Source: Tubiluchus corallicola (Eukaryota; Animalia; Priapulida). From it: a DNA stretch of 64,000 nt. Positions within the stretch are counted from its first letter, which is position 1. Every line of letters starts with the position of its first letter. The position numbers and the translations under genes are program-made. The stretch covers positions 167,676 to 231,675 of the forward strand of contig JAQGDQ010000102.1 of assembly GCA_030141605.1 (NCBI GenBank), given 5' to 3'. The notes under the pieces were generated by a model, which was not told where the DNA came from, searched no databases, and saw only the letters and a list, made by a program, of their open reading frames with translations. Positions 39,567 through 64,000 of the stretch are shown one piece after another.

Positions 39567-41420
39567 TTAAGGGATATTTTTCAAAAAGCCCAACCATGGC
39601 TGTGGAGCATCAATCATACTTGGTAAGCTAGAATTCTGACTTAGCTGCCCTGCTGAAACTATGGCAGGGTCCTCGATAAGCCAGTTGTCAGAATGTTGTT
39701 GTACTGAGGGACTCTGTGGCGGTGCCTTTGTGTGTGTATTCCAAGTGTCTTTTTGATGGTGAGGTGGTGTAAAAGCAGTTTCTGTACTTCCAAAGCTAAC
39801 ATTTATGTTTGGTAGTAAAGCTCTCAAACCATCCTGCCAATCTTTCATGTTAAACGGGTCGTGATCTGATAGCAAATGATTCGATGAACTTGCTGATGTC
39901 GTATTTGTCTCTTTAAATGTCCAATCACATTGCTGCTGCGAAGGTGGAAACTGCATCAGATTAGGACTATATCCGGATACATAAGGTTTATACTGATGAC
40001 AAACCACAGGTTGTGTTTTTGGAATTCCTGACACTGATGGAGGCGTAAAACCTGGAGGTATTCTCATTCCTGCGCAACCCCGTTCATACGGATTCACTCC
40101 TGTAGTTTTCTCTATTAATTGCGCTAAAGCTATTGATGACTGCGCAGCAGACCACGCATCTAGACCTAGCGCATCTTCGTTAGGCTTTTTAAACCCAAAA
40201 TGAGCTTGTGTCCCTGTTTTACTACCAGTATGAACATGTGGATGCTGTAAACCAGGAGGCGCCTGCAAAGTGGGACTATTTCTTGACCTCATATCTTCTG
40301 CAACTGTCGGTGGTGTGTTTTCAGTTTTCCTAAGTGGCGGTGACGCGCTAAAAATCGAATCTGTTTTAGACTGATTCCATAAAAGTTCATTTTCCAGAGT
40401 TGCTTGTAAGGGCTGAGTGCCAGCTGAAAAAGTTTCAAAATCATTAGCATTCAGCCCTGAGGGTTTAAGGTTGCTGCTTACAGAATTTTGCTCTACAAAA
40501 AGCTGTTGATCACAGTTGGTCAAACTACTACTACTACTTCTTCCAGATTCGTGTTGCTGTGTATTAAGTAAAGGACTGTTTCTTTGCTCTGCTGAATGAA
40601 GATTAGAAAGTGGCCAGACTTCTACTTGGCTGTTCTGGTCTGGAGACGAAGATAATTTTTGATTGGAGTTTTTTCGTCTTTCGTCTTTTCCAAAGAGCTG
40701 CTCGTGTAGTCTTAACTCGTACTCCTGGTGTTTGCCCAGTGTCATCTCCTCTTTTGTAAAGCTGGCTTCCTCGTCACCCAGTTCATGAAGATACATGCAA
40801 TCTGATTTCGGGCACTGTGAATTGCGGAGAAAATGACTGCAGTACTTTGTTGTTCCAAGAGAAGTTTTAAGCGTTCTCCCATCAACGTAAACATTATTCA
40901 CTGCCTGAATCGCTCTCAACGCATCCTCCGATTTATAGTAGGTGACGTATGCACTTGCACTGGGACCCTGAGCACCTGCATACGAAGTGCTGTTGTTTAC
41001 AACTACTTTCAGTATCTTGCCAAATTTACCAAAATATTCGTGCCTTTTTAAAATTTCAGGATCTGCGAGCTTAGGCGACAATCCCACAACAAATACTAAA
41101 TTTTTCTGCACAACTCTTACGCTGGCTAGATGTTTCCTGTTTTCCGAGACTTTCTGCTTACGCTGAAGGTCCTTCTGCTTCTTCTCAGATTTAATCTTCT
41201 GCAATTCTTCAGGGGTGAGCGGTTTGTATAAGGCCGGATCTTCGTTGTATTGTTTTCTGCATGCTGGACATAGACCATTCTCATCCGTTCTGATCCGATG
41301 CCAGCAGAACCTGCAGATCTGGTACCCGCACGTACAAGGAAAGAAATTGATATCGTCTATTTCCAACTGTTCCATGCACAGAGGACAGTCGACTTGTTCT
41401 TCTTCTTGTAGGGTAGACAT
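39567..41420 (-). CDS. CNOT4: CCR4-NOT subunit 4, RING E3 ubiquitin ligase, 617 aa, single coding exon
   Basis: ATG at 41420 (the ORF-track start at 41444 is a TTG). It has a C4C4 RING (CPLCME...CTCGYQICRFCWHRI...CPACRK), an RRM (RVVQKNLVFVVGL...SAYVTY), a C3H finger (GTTKYCSHF...C...CMYLH), a CAF40-binding-like segment (DALGLDAW...ALAQLIEK) and C-terminal DWQDGLRALLPNINVSFG. Confidence 0.97.
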   Translation of the reverse strand: MSTLQEEEQVDCPLCMEQLEIDDINFFPCTCGYQICRFCWHRIRTDENGLCPACRKQYNEDPALYKPLTPEELQKIKSEKKQKDLQRKQKVSENRKHLASVRVVQKNLVFVVGLSPKLADPEILKRHEYFGKFGKILKVVVNNSTSYAGAQGPSASAYVTYYKSEDALRAIQAVNNVYVDGRTLKTSLGTTKYCSHFLRNSQCPKSDCMYLHELGDEEASFTKEEMTLGKHQEYELRLHEQLFGKDERRKNSNQKLSSSPDQNSQVEVWPLSNLHSAEQRNSPLLNTQQHESGRSSSSSLTNCDQQLFVEQNSVSSNLKPSGLNANDFETFSAGTQPLQATLENELLWNQSKTDSIFSASPPLRKTENTPPTVAEDMRSRNSPTLQAPPGLQHPHVHTGSKTGTQAHFGFKKPNEDALGLDAWSAAQSSIALAQLIEKTTGVNPYERGCAGMRIPPGFTPPSVSGIPKTQPVVCHQYKPYVSGYSPNLMQFPPSQQQCDWTFKETNTTSASSSNHLLSDHDPFNMKDWQDGLRALLPNINVSFGSTETAFTPPHHQKDTWNTHTKAPPQSPSVQQHSDNWLIEDPAIVSAGQLSQNSSLPSMIDAPQPWLGFLKNIP

Positions 41421-41592
41421 GCTAAAGGCACTGAGACGCAACAAATTAGATGTGATGTAGATTCTAAGTGTAGGATAGGTTTCTAGGATTCGCAGCTGGT
41501 TTTTGAAGAAATTTGCAAACTTAGATCGAGCGGAGGTGATGTCTCTGGCTGGTATGATGCTGACGAAAGATTGGTATTAAGATATGAGGATA

Positions 41593-43142
41593 TTAAAAGT
41601 CGGTAACACGGCCTTTTCTTTCCCAGTCTCCGTATCGAGTAGGTTCAGGTCCACTTGGTCCGCCTATTTCACCAGTCTCGGGATTCTTAAAATCAGGAAA
41701 CGGAGGATAATCGAATGCTGGATGTTTCTCCGGAGTTTGCTTGTCAAACTTTCCAACCGGAGTTTTTTGTTTCTGTTTCTTTGACTTTGCTTTCTCTCCT
41801 CCTTTATCGTCGCTATCAGGTGACTTGGACAAAGTTCTCTTTTGTAGAAATGTCGAAGTACAGCAGCGGCCTGTAAGATGAAACACATCAAGTGATTAAG
41901 TGCTTAACAACTGGCTTCCTCTTCCAAATAATGAATTCTCATGTTGAACTACAGTTTTTTTTAAATTGAAATGAATCAATTGTTATGTGTATGGCAGTAT
42001 TTAATTACCTGCAATGAAATCTTCCTGCTAGCACAAAAGTTTTGAAATGATTGCTTTCCACAGAACAAGTAGAATCTGTTACTGCAACCCTAATTTAAAA
42101 AAAAAATAATTGCTTGTTAATTAATTAACGGGTAAAAAATCAGAACTGTTTACCAATAAAATGTATCTTATAGTTTTCAAATTTTAAATTTATGTTTGAT
42201 ACAAGATTAGTATCTAAGCTCCACAACGATAATACACGACACCCCCTAATACATTCAAAATGATACAGATGCAAAAGCTGCAGTCTCTAGAGTCAAAAGT
42301 TTGCAGGCTCGTTATATTAAACAATACGCATATTTGTAAAATTCTTGCAAGCAGTAGTAAATCTATACATAGATTGTACAGCCTGCTGGGGTACAACAGT
42401 ACTTAGCTTAATCAGTCAGAATGCCTATGCAATAACAGTTTCAAACACTGCTGTTTATTAAAGATTAGATAAATGTACAAGACAGTAATTAGATAAATAC
42501 TGAATTATGATTTCGGCAAGAATGAAGCCGAACAAAGTGAGTTCTTAGTTTAACATTAAATTGGAAGAGGAAGCAGGCGACACAAATAGACAATCAAGAC
42601 TTGTGAAACAAAGCTGTGCCTGACTCTTTCCCAACAAACAATTATATTTAGCATCATTTTTAATGGGTAAAATCAAAGCTTCAGTGCCCTATCTGCCTAC
42701 TTTTAGTGGGTAATTTTCTGAATGTTTACAGGCTAATATGCTAAGCTGCCACCAAAAAAATTGTGCTCAGTCAGGCAATAATCGGAGTCCTGCTATTGTC
42801 CTTTGCATTAAATAAATAGAAATAAACAAACCAGTTCCACAGATATGTGCAGAATTTCAATGTACACAGCACCGTGTTATATGCAAAATCTACCGTATAA
42901 AGATAATGTCTCGAGCATACACTGATAAGAATTAGTATCAAGATATTCATTGAGATCTGACTATTATGAGTTTGCAATTCATTAAATGAATTTTTATAAA
43001 TTAAAGTTGGAAATGGTTGATTTTATCATGGACATTCAACTTCAGCTATTAAACTACTGAATAACCTGTTTACAACTTAAGTTATCAGTTTACCAGTTCT
43101 GGCAGCCCTGTGTATAACTGCTAGTGATACTTTAAATTGCAT
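41593..43142 (-). CDS. SDHAF4: Succinate dehydrogenase assembly factor 4 (Sdh8/DUF1674), 108 aa, two coding exons 43142-43094 and 41870-41593
   Basis: C-terminal [30 protein letters not shown] is the DUF1674 signature. Exon 1 [17 protein letters not shown]|GTAAAC is a basic, acid-free presequence-like peptide with a phase-1 donor. It joins TTACAG|GC in frame: 49+278=327 nt. Confidence 0.92.
42009..42089 (-). other. Candidate 81-nt alternative (poison) cassette exon in the SDHAF4 intron
   Basis: Acceptor T-run+AAATTAG (AG 42091-42090) and donor CAG|GTAATT (42008). It gives an in-frame TAA at the 4th codon in the SDHAF4 frame. Confidence 0.5.
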
Positions 43143-45509
43143 TTATTGCGTTGCCCAAATACAGAATACAAATGCAGCTACAGAAACGAAGCTACACTAA
43201 AAGTTTCTAAATCATGTTTTTCTTTTTATTTAATAATAATAATAAATACACTAAATATTAAAATAATAATAGTGATATAGGGGTGGTTGCTAGATGACCT
43301 CTGGTCTTTCACCACCCCGCCTCTAGTTTCATTTACTAATCAATGTTTTTGTAATGTATGTTATTATATCTAAGACAAAGGGACAAATAAATTTATTAAA
43401 TTGAATTATAAATAATTAAATTTAAATTTAGTAAAATAATTAATATAATTTTGATTATATTGATAGATATAACTGATAATTGATAGATAGATTTACTTTG
43501 ATTATATTGATAGATTAGCACATTAAGCTTAAAGAGGCTTGCTCTTTTGGCCTAATTATAGGCAATAATAATTTAACAACATTTTGTTTAGCGCATCTCA
43601 TTTAAATATTAGCTCATACGAAGTATGTGGGCAAGTGAGAAGTTTACCTTTTCGTCAAACATTTTTTCTCTGCAGTGCCGAACTGGTGAACTATTACTAG
43701 TTTACCTCCTAAACAGGGTTTTATCACTATATGTACTGCTGCTTGGCCTATGCTGCTAAGCTTTTACTCCTTAATTACATTATAATGTAATTATTTTGTA
43801 GTGTCTTAATTTGCGTTTTCTAAGTGTTAAGTCCTGTATGTTGAGGTTATTACAGGCTAGTGAGCTATTTATACACAGTGTTTTTCATTACGACCTTGCA
43901 GTAAAATGTGTTGGCAAGCCAGACATACTTTTATACAATTTCTGTTTCAGGTAAGTGACAATATCAGTAATTAATTTGCATACTAATTTTTACTCACAGG
44001 CAGTTTATAGTTTTACTTACTGTTATTTTTAAATCAGAGACAGTTGTTGTAAACTTTTGATCGAGGCAAAAATTTTCTTCCTGTTTGTCTATTAATAATT
44101 ATTTGTTAGCTAAATAAATATTCTGACAATATTAAAAATAAGGTATAGTCGCTTGATAGTTACAGAAGCGTGTTTCTCGGGCTGTAGCTACTGTAATTGT
44201 AATTATTGGACCTATTATAAATCATGAAAGTTCAATATTTAAGGGAACATCCGAAGTTTTTTCTGGCCTCACATGAAGCTCAAAGAAATCAAAAATTAGG
44301 TACAAATTGTGTTCCGACGTTGAACTCGACGAAACGTGATTACGACCATCTCTCAACTGAAATTTCGCAATACGATTTAGCAAACTGGCCTCAAACATTA
44401 TTTATGGCTTTAATACAACACTATAGCAATGTCCTAAACAACGTCGCTAGTTACGTTCTTTTTATGACACAAGCTACCACATGCTATACGTAAATATTTG
44501 CATGATATTGAGACAAAAGTGTGCGCCAAATAAAAGCTTTGTATCTCACCAAAAACTCTGTTAGCCAAAGAAAACCCAGCAATTTTTACAAACGCAGACA
44601 AAACAGCCATCTTCAGGGAGGGGCATCACTTGTGCCCTCTTGCACCTGTGATCTGAACTACAAACAAGAAGCTATTTGGAAATACTGAACTGGAATGCAG
44701 CAGGCTTTACTTGCTGCAGTTAGTAAAAATAATCTTAAGGTCAAGATTATTTTAAAATTAATGATGGTGCCAACCCACAGTTAATTAAATTACAAACCAA
44801 ATTTCAAAGACTGCAGACGTGAAAAATTTGGAATGCAGCCTGGATTTGCATACCTTCTGCATACAAGGCAGATGCCTTAAACTATGAGATCACTTACTAA
44901 TTCTCCTATAATTTAGCATCTCAAATAATCTGCAAATCAGAACTTAATATATATAGTACCAAAAAACTGCCTTTCACCAGAATAATCTAAATAAATTATA
45001 TTAAAATAATCAAAATAAAGTAACCAAAATAGTCGATTATACATAATTTAGAGACAAGTTAATTGGGTTATAACATTTTACATCAGATGATCAAAATTGA
45101 GTTAAGTACACAAAGATTTGTACGCCTGTTCATTTACAATGAACAATTCGACAACACTGAAAGAGCTTTAATTGAAACAACTTACAAATATAGATGCAGC
45201 GTGAGAGCAACTACTATAAGAACCTAATTAATAAATCAACTAGAAGCCAAACGTTTTTTAACTTAAAACAATCAACAAGGAAAACAAACAACAGCTAAAA
45301 GAACATCCCAGTAGCACTGCCAACTTTCCAGCCATACATGCTCCTTTGCCGTCTAATATTCCACCACATTTCGCTCTTCACAACAGCAACAGCAATACCA
45401 CCACCAAACAACAACAGCTACTACTACGACAACAACGACAACAATAGTGACAGCTACAATCACTGATACCGTTACCGCTGCCACCACCACCACTACAACA
45501 CACTAGCTT

Positions 45510-48500
45510 TTCACATTTGGACTTGTTAATGCCCAATTATTTAAGAAACAACACTATAGCGAGATATGCGAGCACTTAATTGACGAAAATGTCCATTTAT
45601 GTACCATCACAGAAACGTGGCTTGAGCAGCAGGACGACAAAGCCAGAACAGATTTAGAAATGAGTGGGTTTAACTTCAAGAATGCACCCCAGTTAGATGG
45701 TAGGCATCATGGTGGCATGGGTATGCTGTTCAGAAATGGGATTAAATTAAATCTAGGGGAAACAAATTTCAAGACTTCATTTGAATTTAGTGAATGATGT
45801 GTTTGGGCAACTAATAAGAAAATTAAATTAATTGTGTACAGGACACCATATTATGCTTGGTACCCCATTACAGTGGCTACCTTTATTGAAGAATTTCCCT
45901 CATACTTAGAAGAAGTGCTTGTAAGTAAAGATGAAAGCAGAGATTATCTGCAGTGATTTTAACATCACCTATGATAATAATGAAGATCTCTATTCTCAAA
46001 GAGTCATGGATACATTGATGTCTTTTGGTTTATCTCATATTGTCAGTTGTGCCACTCATCAGTCAAATTATATACTTGACTGGATCTTATTGAGGGACGT
46101 TTCAGATATTCTTGCTACACCACCGACAGTTGGCTACTTTCTGTCTCATCATGCATTTATTAAATCTGTATTTTCTTTTAACAAACCTGAGTTGGCCACG
46201 AAGACTGTTCACTTTAAGAAACTTTAAAATTTGAAACTTAACAATATCAATATCCTTGAATTCAAAACGGGCATCGTCAGCCAAACACTCAGCAGTCAGC
46301 TTTTACAGGGAGAGCAGGATAACAGGTTACACGTGGAAAAATTGTAGAGGAATTTAGAAATTCACTGTCAAACTGCTTGGATGCACAGACACCAATACAA
46401 CGTAGAACCTTCATTACCAGACTGGCAATTCCACGGTTCAGCTCTAATTTGTGTGAGCCAAATACCAAGAAGTGCAAGACGGAACGGAAGTGGAGAACTT
46501 CACATACTCTCACAGATTTCAGTTTGTTCAAAAAAAATATGAAAACATGCTAATAGATAAACTAGAAAAAGCTAAGTACCAATACTAGCAAGTACCAAAG
46601 ATATCAAGCAAGAATTAGATAGTGAATCTACTTTTGACATTGAATCATGTGTTATTAACTGTGATGGTAGTGCCAGTGATTGTATGACGTCGTTTAGGCT
46701 TGTTTCAGAAGAGGAGGTGATGAAGCTCCTACAACAGTCTAAAAGCACTACGCATATATTTGATCCAATTCCAGCTAGTCTGTTAAAACAATGTCTACCT
46801 GAAATCACTCCTCTGGTAACTACAATTATTAATAAGTCAATGCAGTCTGAAAACTTTCCAACGAAATGGAAAGAACCTTTAATTACTCCTCTTTTGAAGA
46901 AGCCAAACCTGCTGCCTGATTATGTTAATTACAGGCATGTAAGCAATCTGACATTCGTTTCAAAAATCTTAGAAAAAATGGTTTTTTCACAAGTTATGAA
47001 TCATGTAAATACGCATTTTCTGCTTCCAAGCGATCAGTCAGCTTACAGACCATACTATAGCACAGAAACAGACATGCTTAAATTACATGCTGACATTCTC
47101 GTCCAAATTGAAAATCAAATGACGTCAAAGGTGGTGCTCATTGATCTTAGGGCTGCCTTTAGCACTTTAGATCACCAGATTCTTCTGTATAGTTTACTGT
47201 CTGATTTCAGAATAGATCGTTATGTTTTAAAGTGGTTTGAGTCCTACCTTAACGGTAGGTCTCAGTTGGTATTAGTTAATGGTCTCATTAGTTAATGGCA
47301 GCAACTCAGTCAGCTTGAATTTCGATCATGGGTATCCACAATGCAGCTGCCTTGGGCCTCTGTGTTTTACACTTTGTGCCAGTTCTTTGTCTGAGTTATC
47401 AACAGACATCTTACGCAGGTTCTAGGATTTGCCGATGATCACCAGTTAACAATATCATTCAGTAGCAATAGTTCATTAGCGCAAGCCGATGCAGTATCTT
47501 CAATGCAAAAAGTGCTTGACAGACATTAAATCCTGGATGCTAGAAAACCGGTTAAAATGAATAATGCGGAAACCTATCTGATTCTTCTTGGTACCCAAGC
47601 GCGGTTAAAGAAACTTGAATTTGACTCAGTATTGGTGGGTGGGTGTAAAGTGTCTAATGTTTCTCATGTAAAAGATCGGTGCATATGGCTTGACAAGAAT
47701 GTGACCTTTTATAAGCACATAACTGAAATTTGTAGAAGAGCAATTTACTCGCTGTATAATATGAGGAAAATCAGAAAACATTTTGCACAAGAGTCTATAA
47801 TTAATGTTTAGTTCATAGTCTGGTGCAGTCTCATTTGGGCTACTGTAATAGTTTATTTTGTGGGTTACCAGACTGTAAAATACTAAAAATACAATGGGTT
47901 CAAAATTTTGCTTCTCACTTTGTGGTTTGCAATGCTAGTAGATGTGACCACATTACACCCATAGTCTACCACCTGCATTGGTAGCCAGTCAAATACATAT
48001 TCTGTTCAAAATTTTAACCATGGTTTTTAAAGCTGACAATCAAATGGCACCTAAGTATACATCTGACCTTGTGACTTTACGTCGTCCTACCTATAGCTTA
48101 AGACTAAATTTTAATAACGGCCCACATTTGGTACAACCTGTTTTCAACTATGGTTCATAAATGAGCCTTGTGGCTCTTACTATATACTGGAACTTGCTGC
48201 TCTACAAACTAAAAATGTACACCAATTTTGATGTTTTAAATCTAAATTAAAAACTTATTAATTTTGTTCTTAAAAGCTTTTTGCGATTCTTAAAGACCAT
48301 TTTAAATCATCTTTGCAATTTCATAGTTTTAGTTGTGTAAATCGTGAAGTGAATACTCACTTGTTTGAAATGTTTTCTTGCTTCATAGATATTTTTTAGC
48401 TCGATAATGCAAGTTTTCTGATATTTTAATCTAAATTGAAAACTCACTGGTTTTAACGTTTTATTTTCTTGATGTACGTGTAATGTACCCATTTTATACA

Positions 48501-48655
48501 TTTTAGAATTTCATGTAATTTTATTATTTTAGTGGTATGTGATGTTAGAATGGTAACTAGTGTAAAGCGTGCTAGAGCATTATGTATTATGGATAGTCCG
48601 CTATGGAAAAGCAAATAAAACTTAAACTTAAAATTACAATCACAATTACAAATCA
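45510..48655 (+). mobile_element. Decayed L2/CR1-group non-LTR retrotransposon (APE endonuclease + reverse transcriptase), many stops and frameshifts
   Basis: APE motifs GLVNAQ, ITETWL, HGGMG, SDFNI, LDWIL and SHH. RT motifs ITPLLKKP, YRHVSNL, QSAYR, LIDLRAAF, LKWFESYL and FADD. L2-like 3' end TGTAAAGCG...AAATAAA with a short (TTAAAC/TTACAA) tail. Confidence 0.92.
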
Positions 48656-49404
48656 AATAGCCACATCAGTGAAAGATATGACAAGATAAAAATAATAATT
48701 ATTTTTAAAGTCGATCATTTACATAGATAACATGAGCTGTTAGCTCTCAATCGACTACAAAAGCAACAGTGGTAATTGTTTACTGGTAGTTGTTATTAAA
48801 ATCTTTTTAAAAAACAAAAAACAAAAAGTTATTATACATCAGTTGACATGGTAACTGGTGCTAAGCATGGTTAACAAGTGGTGTAATGTCCCTGTCGTGT
48901 CGTTTTCTGCTTCTGTATTTTCGAAAACCATCTCAACTAGCAAAATGGCTAAACTAGTTTGGATATGCCTCTTGTCAGACGGTCATATAGTCAGTTAGTC
49001 ACACCAGTCACGTTTCTCTAGGTTAGACGTAAAGTTTGACGAAACTCATTCTGATTTAACGAATAATTTACGCCATATTTAATCTAGCTGAGACCAACGT
49101 GAAACAGTTGTAAAAATAAATAGAAATCTGCCGACTGCTTAGCTTGAGAGTTTGTGACCATCTTATTGTGTGAAGTTATTGATTTCAGTTTGGTAATTTT
49201 TAAGGCTTCATTGTCATGCTTGTAGAGCTGTTAACGTAGTGCTTCTATTATTGTTTTTCAATTTGAACACAACAAGAACAACAACGTTGCCAGTGACTGT
49301 GCGTTATGAAGCTCATTTGTAAAAGACATTGCACCTTAATGTCTGTGAGTGAAAAATGTTTTTAAGATGTACCTTTACAGTTAAACGATGGTCATTTCCC
49401 CAAC

Positions 49405-62656
<13,252 letters not shown>

Positions 62657-64000
62657 TAAGTCATGTTCAATTGTCTCTTTTTTATGGTAGTTATGAACAA
62701 ATTTTAAGTTACGCTTTAAAATAATTCATGAAACAATTGTCAGCTAGCTCACTTATTTCAAAGGCTTCGGTAAGTGAAAAGGAAAATTCTGTTTTTAATA
62801 TTTCACACTAAAGTTGCTACACTGATATCAGAGACAATCCAATCATGCATACAGTACCTTAAGAAGGTGATTTTGATGACGATATAACACATGAATTGGT
62901 GATTTATTAACTGCTGGGTGTATTCTACAGAGCATAAACACATTAACAGAACTTGCTTCAATTTCTTAACAGGCAATCAACTTTTAATGTGTATGCTGCT
63001 GGTAGTTAGTGAAAAGGGGTAGGGTGGGTAAATTTTCACGTTTTACAAGCACTACTCAGAATGTAAACTTTGTGTATGGTAAGATTTTTTCTAGACGAAT
63101 AAGGTGATATAAAATTTCAAAACAAATTTTTTAACTTGGAACGTATGGAAAAATTTATCAATCTTGTCCTTCAAGAGTATCTAACATGACATGTATTACT
63201 TACACATGCTGAAAATATCTGCTTACAAGGAATCTGCTAAATGGTGTGTATTTTAGCTGAGCTATAGAAATGCTATATTTACGAATTTTCTATAAATGAA
63301 CAATTCATAGATACAACATGTTCTAAAAACTATCCACGTCAGAAACAGATAGGTTTATTGAGAAAATTAGTGTTGAACAATAAACTACTTACCCAGCATC
63401 TACTTACCCAGAAGGTTTTCTGCTTACAGACGTCTCTGGCCTAGTTTATCGTTAGCATTTTCCGTGTTTATGTCTCCAAACTCACAAACATTTAATGTTG
63501 GGTTTACACTGAACAAGCATGTTTCATAATTGCTTACTTCTTTTTTTATTTGGCAGTGTGCCAAAATATCAAACTTCTCTCAAGTGGCATTTACATAGCA
63601 TCCGTATGCCTATACATTCTAGGGAATGCGGAATAGATAAACTTGGTTTATATTGTTTTCAATGCACCCGTTTATGCAGTCTGCGTATCCGTCATTCTTT
63701 TTCTGCTGCTATTTCTTATTGATTTTTTCCACAGGTGGAAAATGCATCCGCATCCAGATGCTACATAAATGCAACTTTAGTCTTCCTGTTACTTTTGGCT
63801 TACATCTGTTGGCAGAAAAAGTCCAGGCAGAGCAACAGGTTCAAAATAATTACTAATTTTTGCTCACTGGCTTTGTATACACTCAGCAGTCAGTGGCATG
63901 GTCTACTTATTACACTGTGGCCTGACTGAAACCTTCTCATTATTAAAGCTAATTATCTAAAGTGAGACATTGAAGCAGTAGAAATCTTTCAGCTATATAT

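Noticed and set aside
41421-41592. SDHAF4-CNOT4 fusion by stop-codon readthrough
   Set aside because: The spacer is 172 nt, which is out of frame.
40833-41784. Plus-strand ORFs antisense to CNOT4 and SDHAF4
   Set aside because: They are short shadow frames of real coding sequence, with no motifs.
41871-41886. ORF-track start of SDHAF4 at 41886
   Set aside because: It is a GTG within the polypyrimidine tract. The real N-terminus is better explained by exon 43142-43094.
41664-41891. 75-aa ORF overlapping SDHAF4 in another frame
   Set aside because: Its TTG/ATG start lies in the intron upstream of the acceptor at 41871, so it is absent from the spliced mRNA. It has no recognisable motif.
44835-44895. 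tRNA gene
   Set aside because: Only partial, degenerate tRNA-like arms are present. It is better explained as a SINE head, and no intact cloverleaf is visible.
63735-63929. Possible next DAPK exon after the acceptor-like CACAG at 63734
   Set aside because: The required phase gives an early stop and no KRMT...HPWI motif. The next exon is probably beyond the window.

Overview
AT-rich, intron-rich metazoan (probably invertebrate) genomic DNA. By manual exon assembly it contains: a complete 23-exon NCBP1/CBP80 gene (+, 7268-36910, 783 aa) whose intron 12 looks U12-type; a two-exon SDHAF4 gene (-, 43142-41593, 108 aa) followed only 172 nt downstream, on the same strand, by a single-coding-exon CNOT4 gene (-, 41420-39567, 617 aa); the first six coding exons of a DAPK-family kinase (+, 49405-62655, running off the window); a possible first coding exon of an unidentified minus-strand gene at the left edge; a decayed L2/CR1-group LINE; many MITEs, SINE-like pieces and tandem repeats; and a recent 973-bp tandem duplication upstream of NCBP1. 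The most interesting signal is a candidate bicistronic SDHAF4-CNOT4 mRNA: weak upstream AUG, no AUG in any frame for about 496 nt, no poly(A) signal between the ORFs. The SDHAF4 intron also holds a candidate 81-nt stop-containing cassette exon flanked by a 14-nt perfect inverted repeat, which could act as a splicing switch between the two products. All coordinates were read by hand and no database searches were run.
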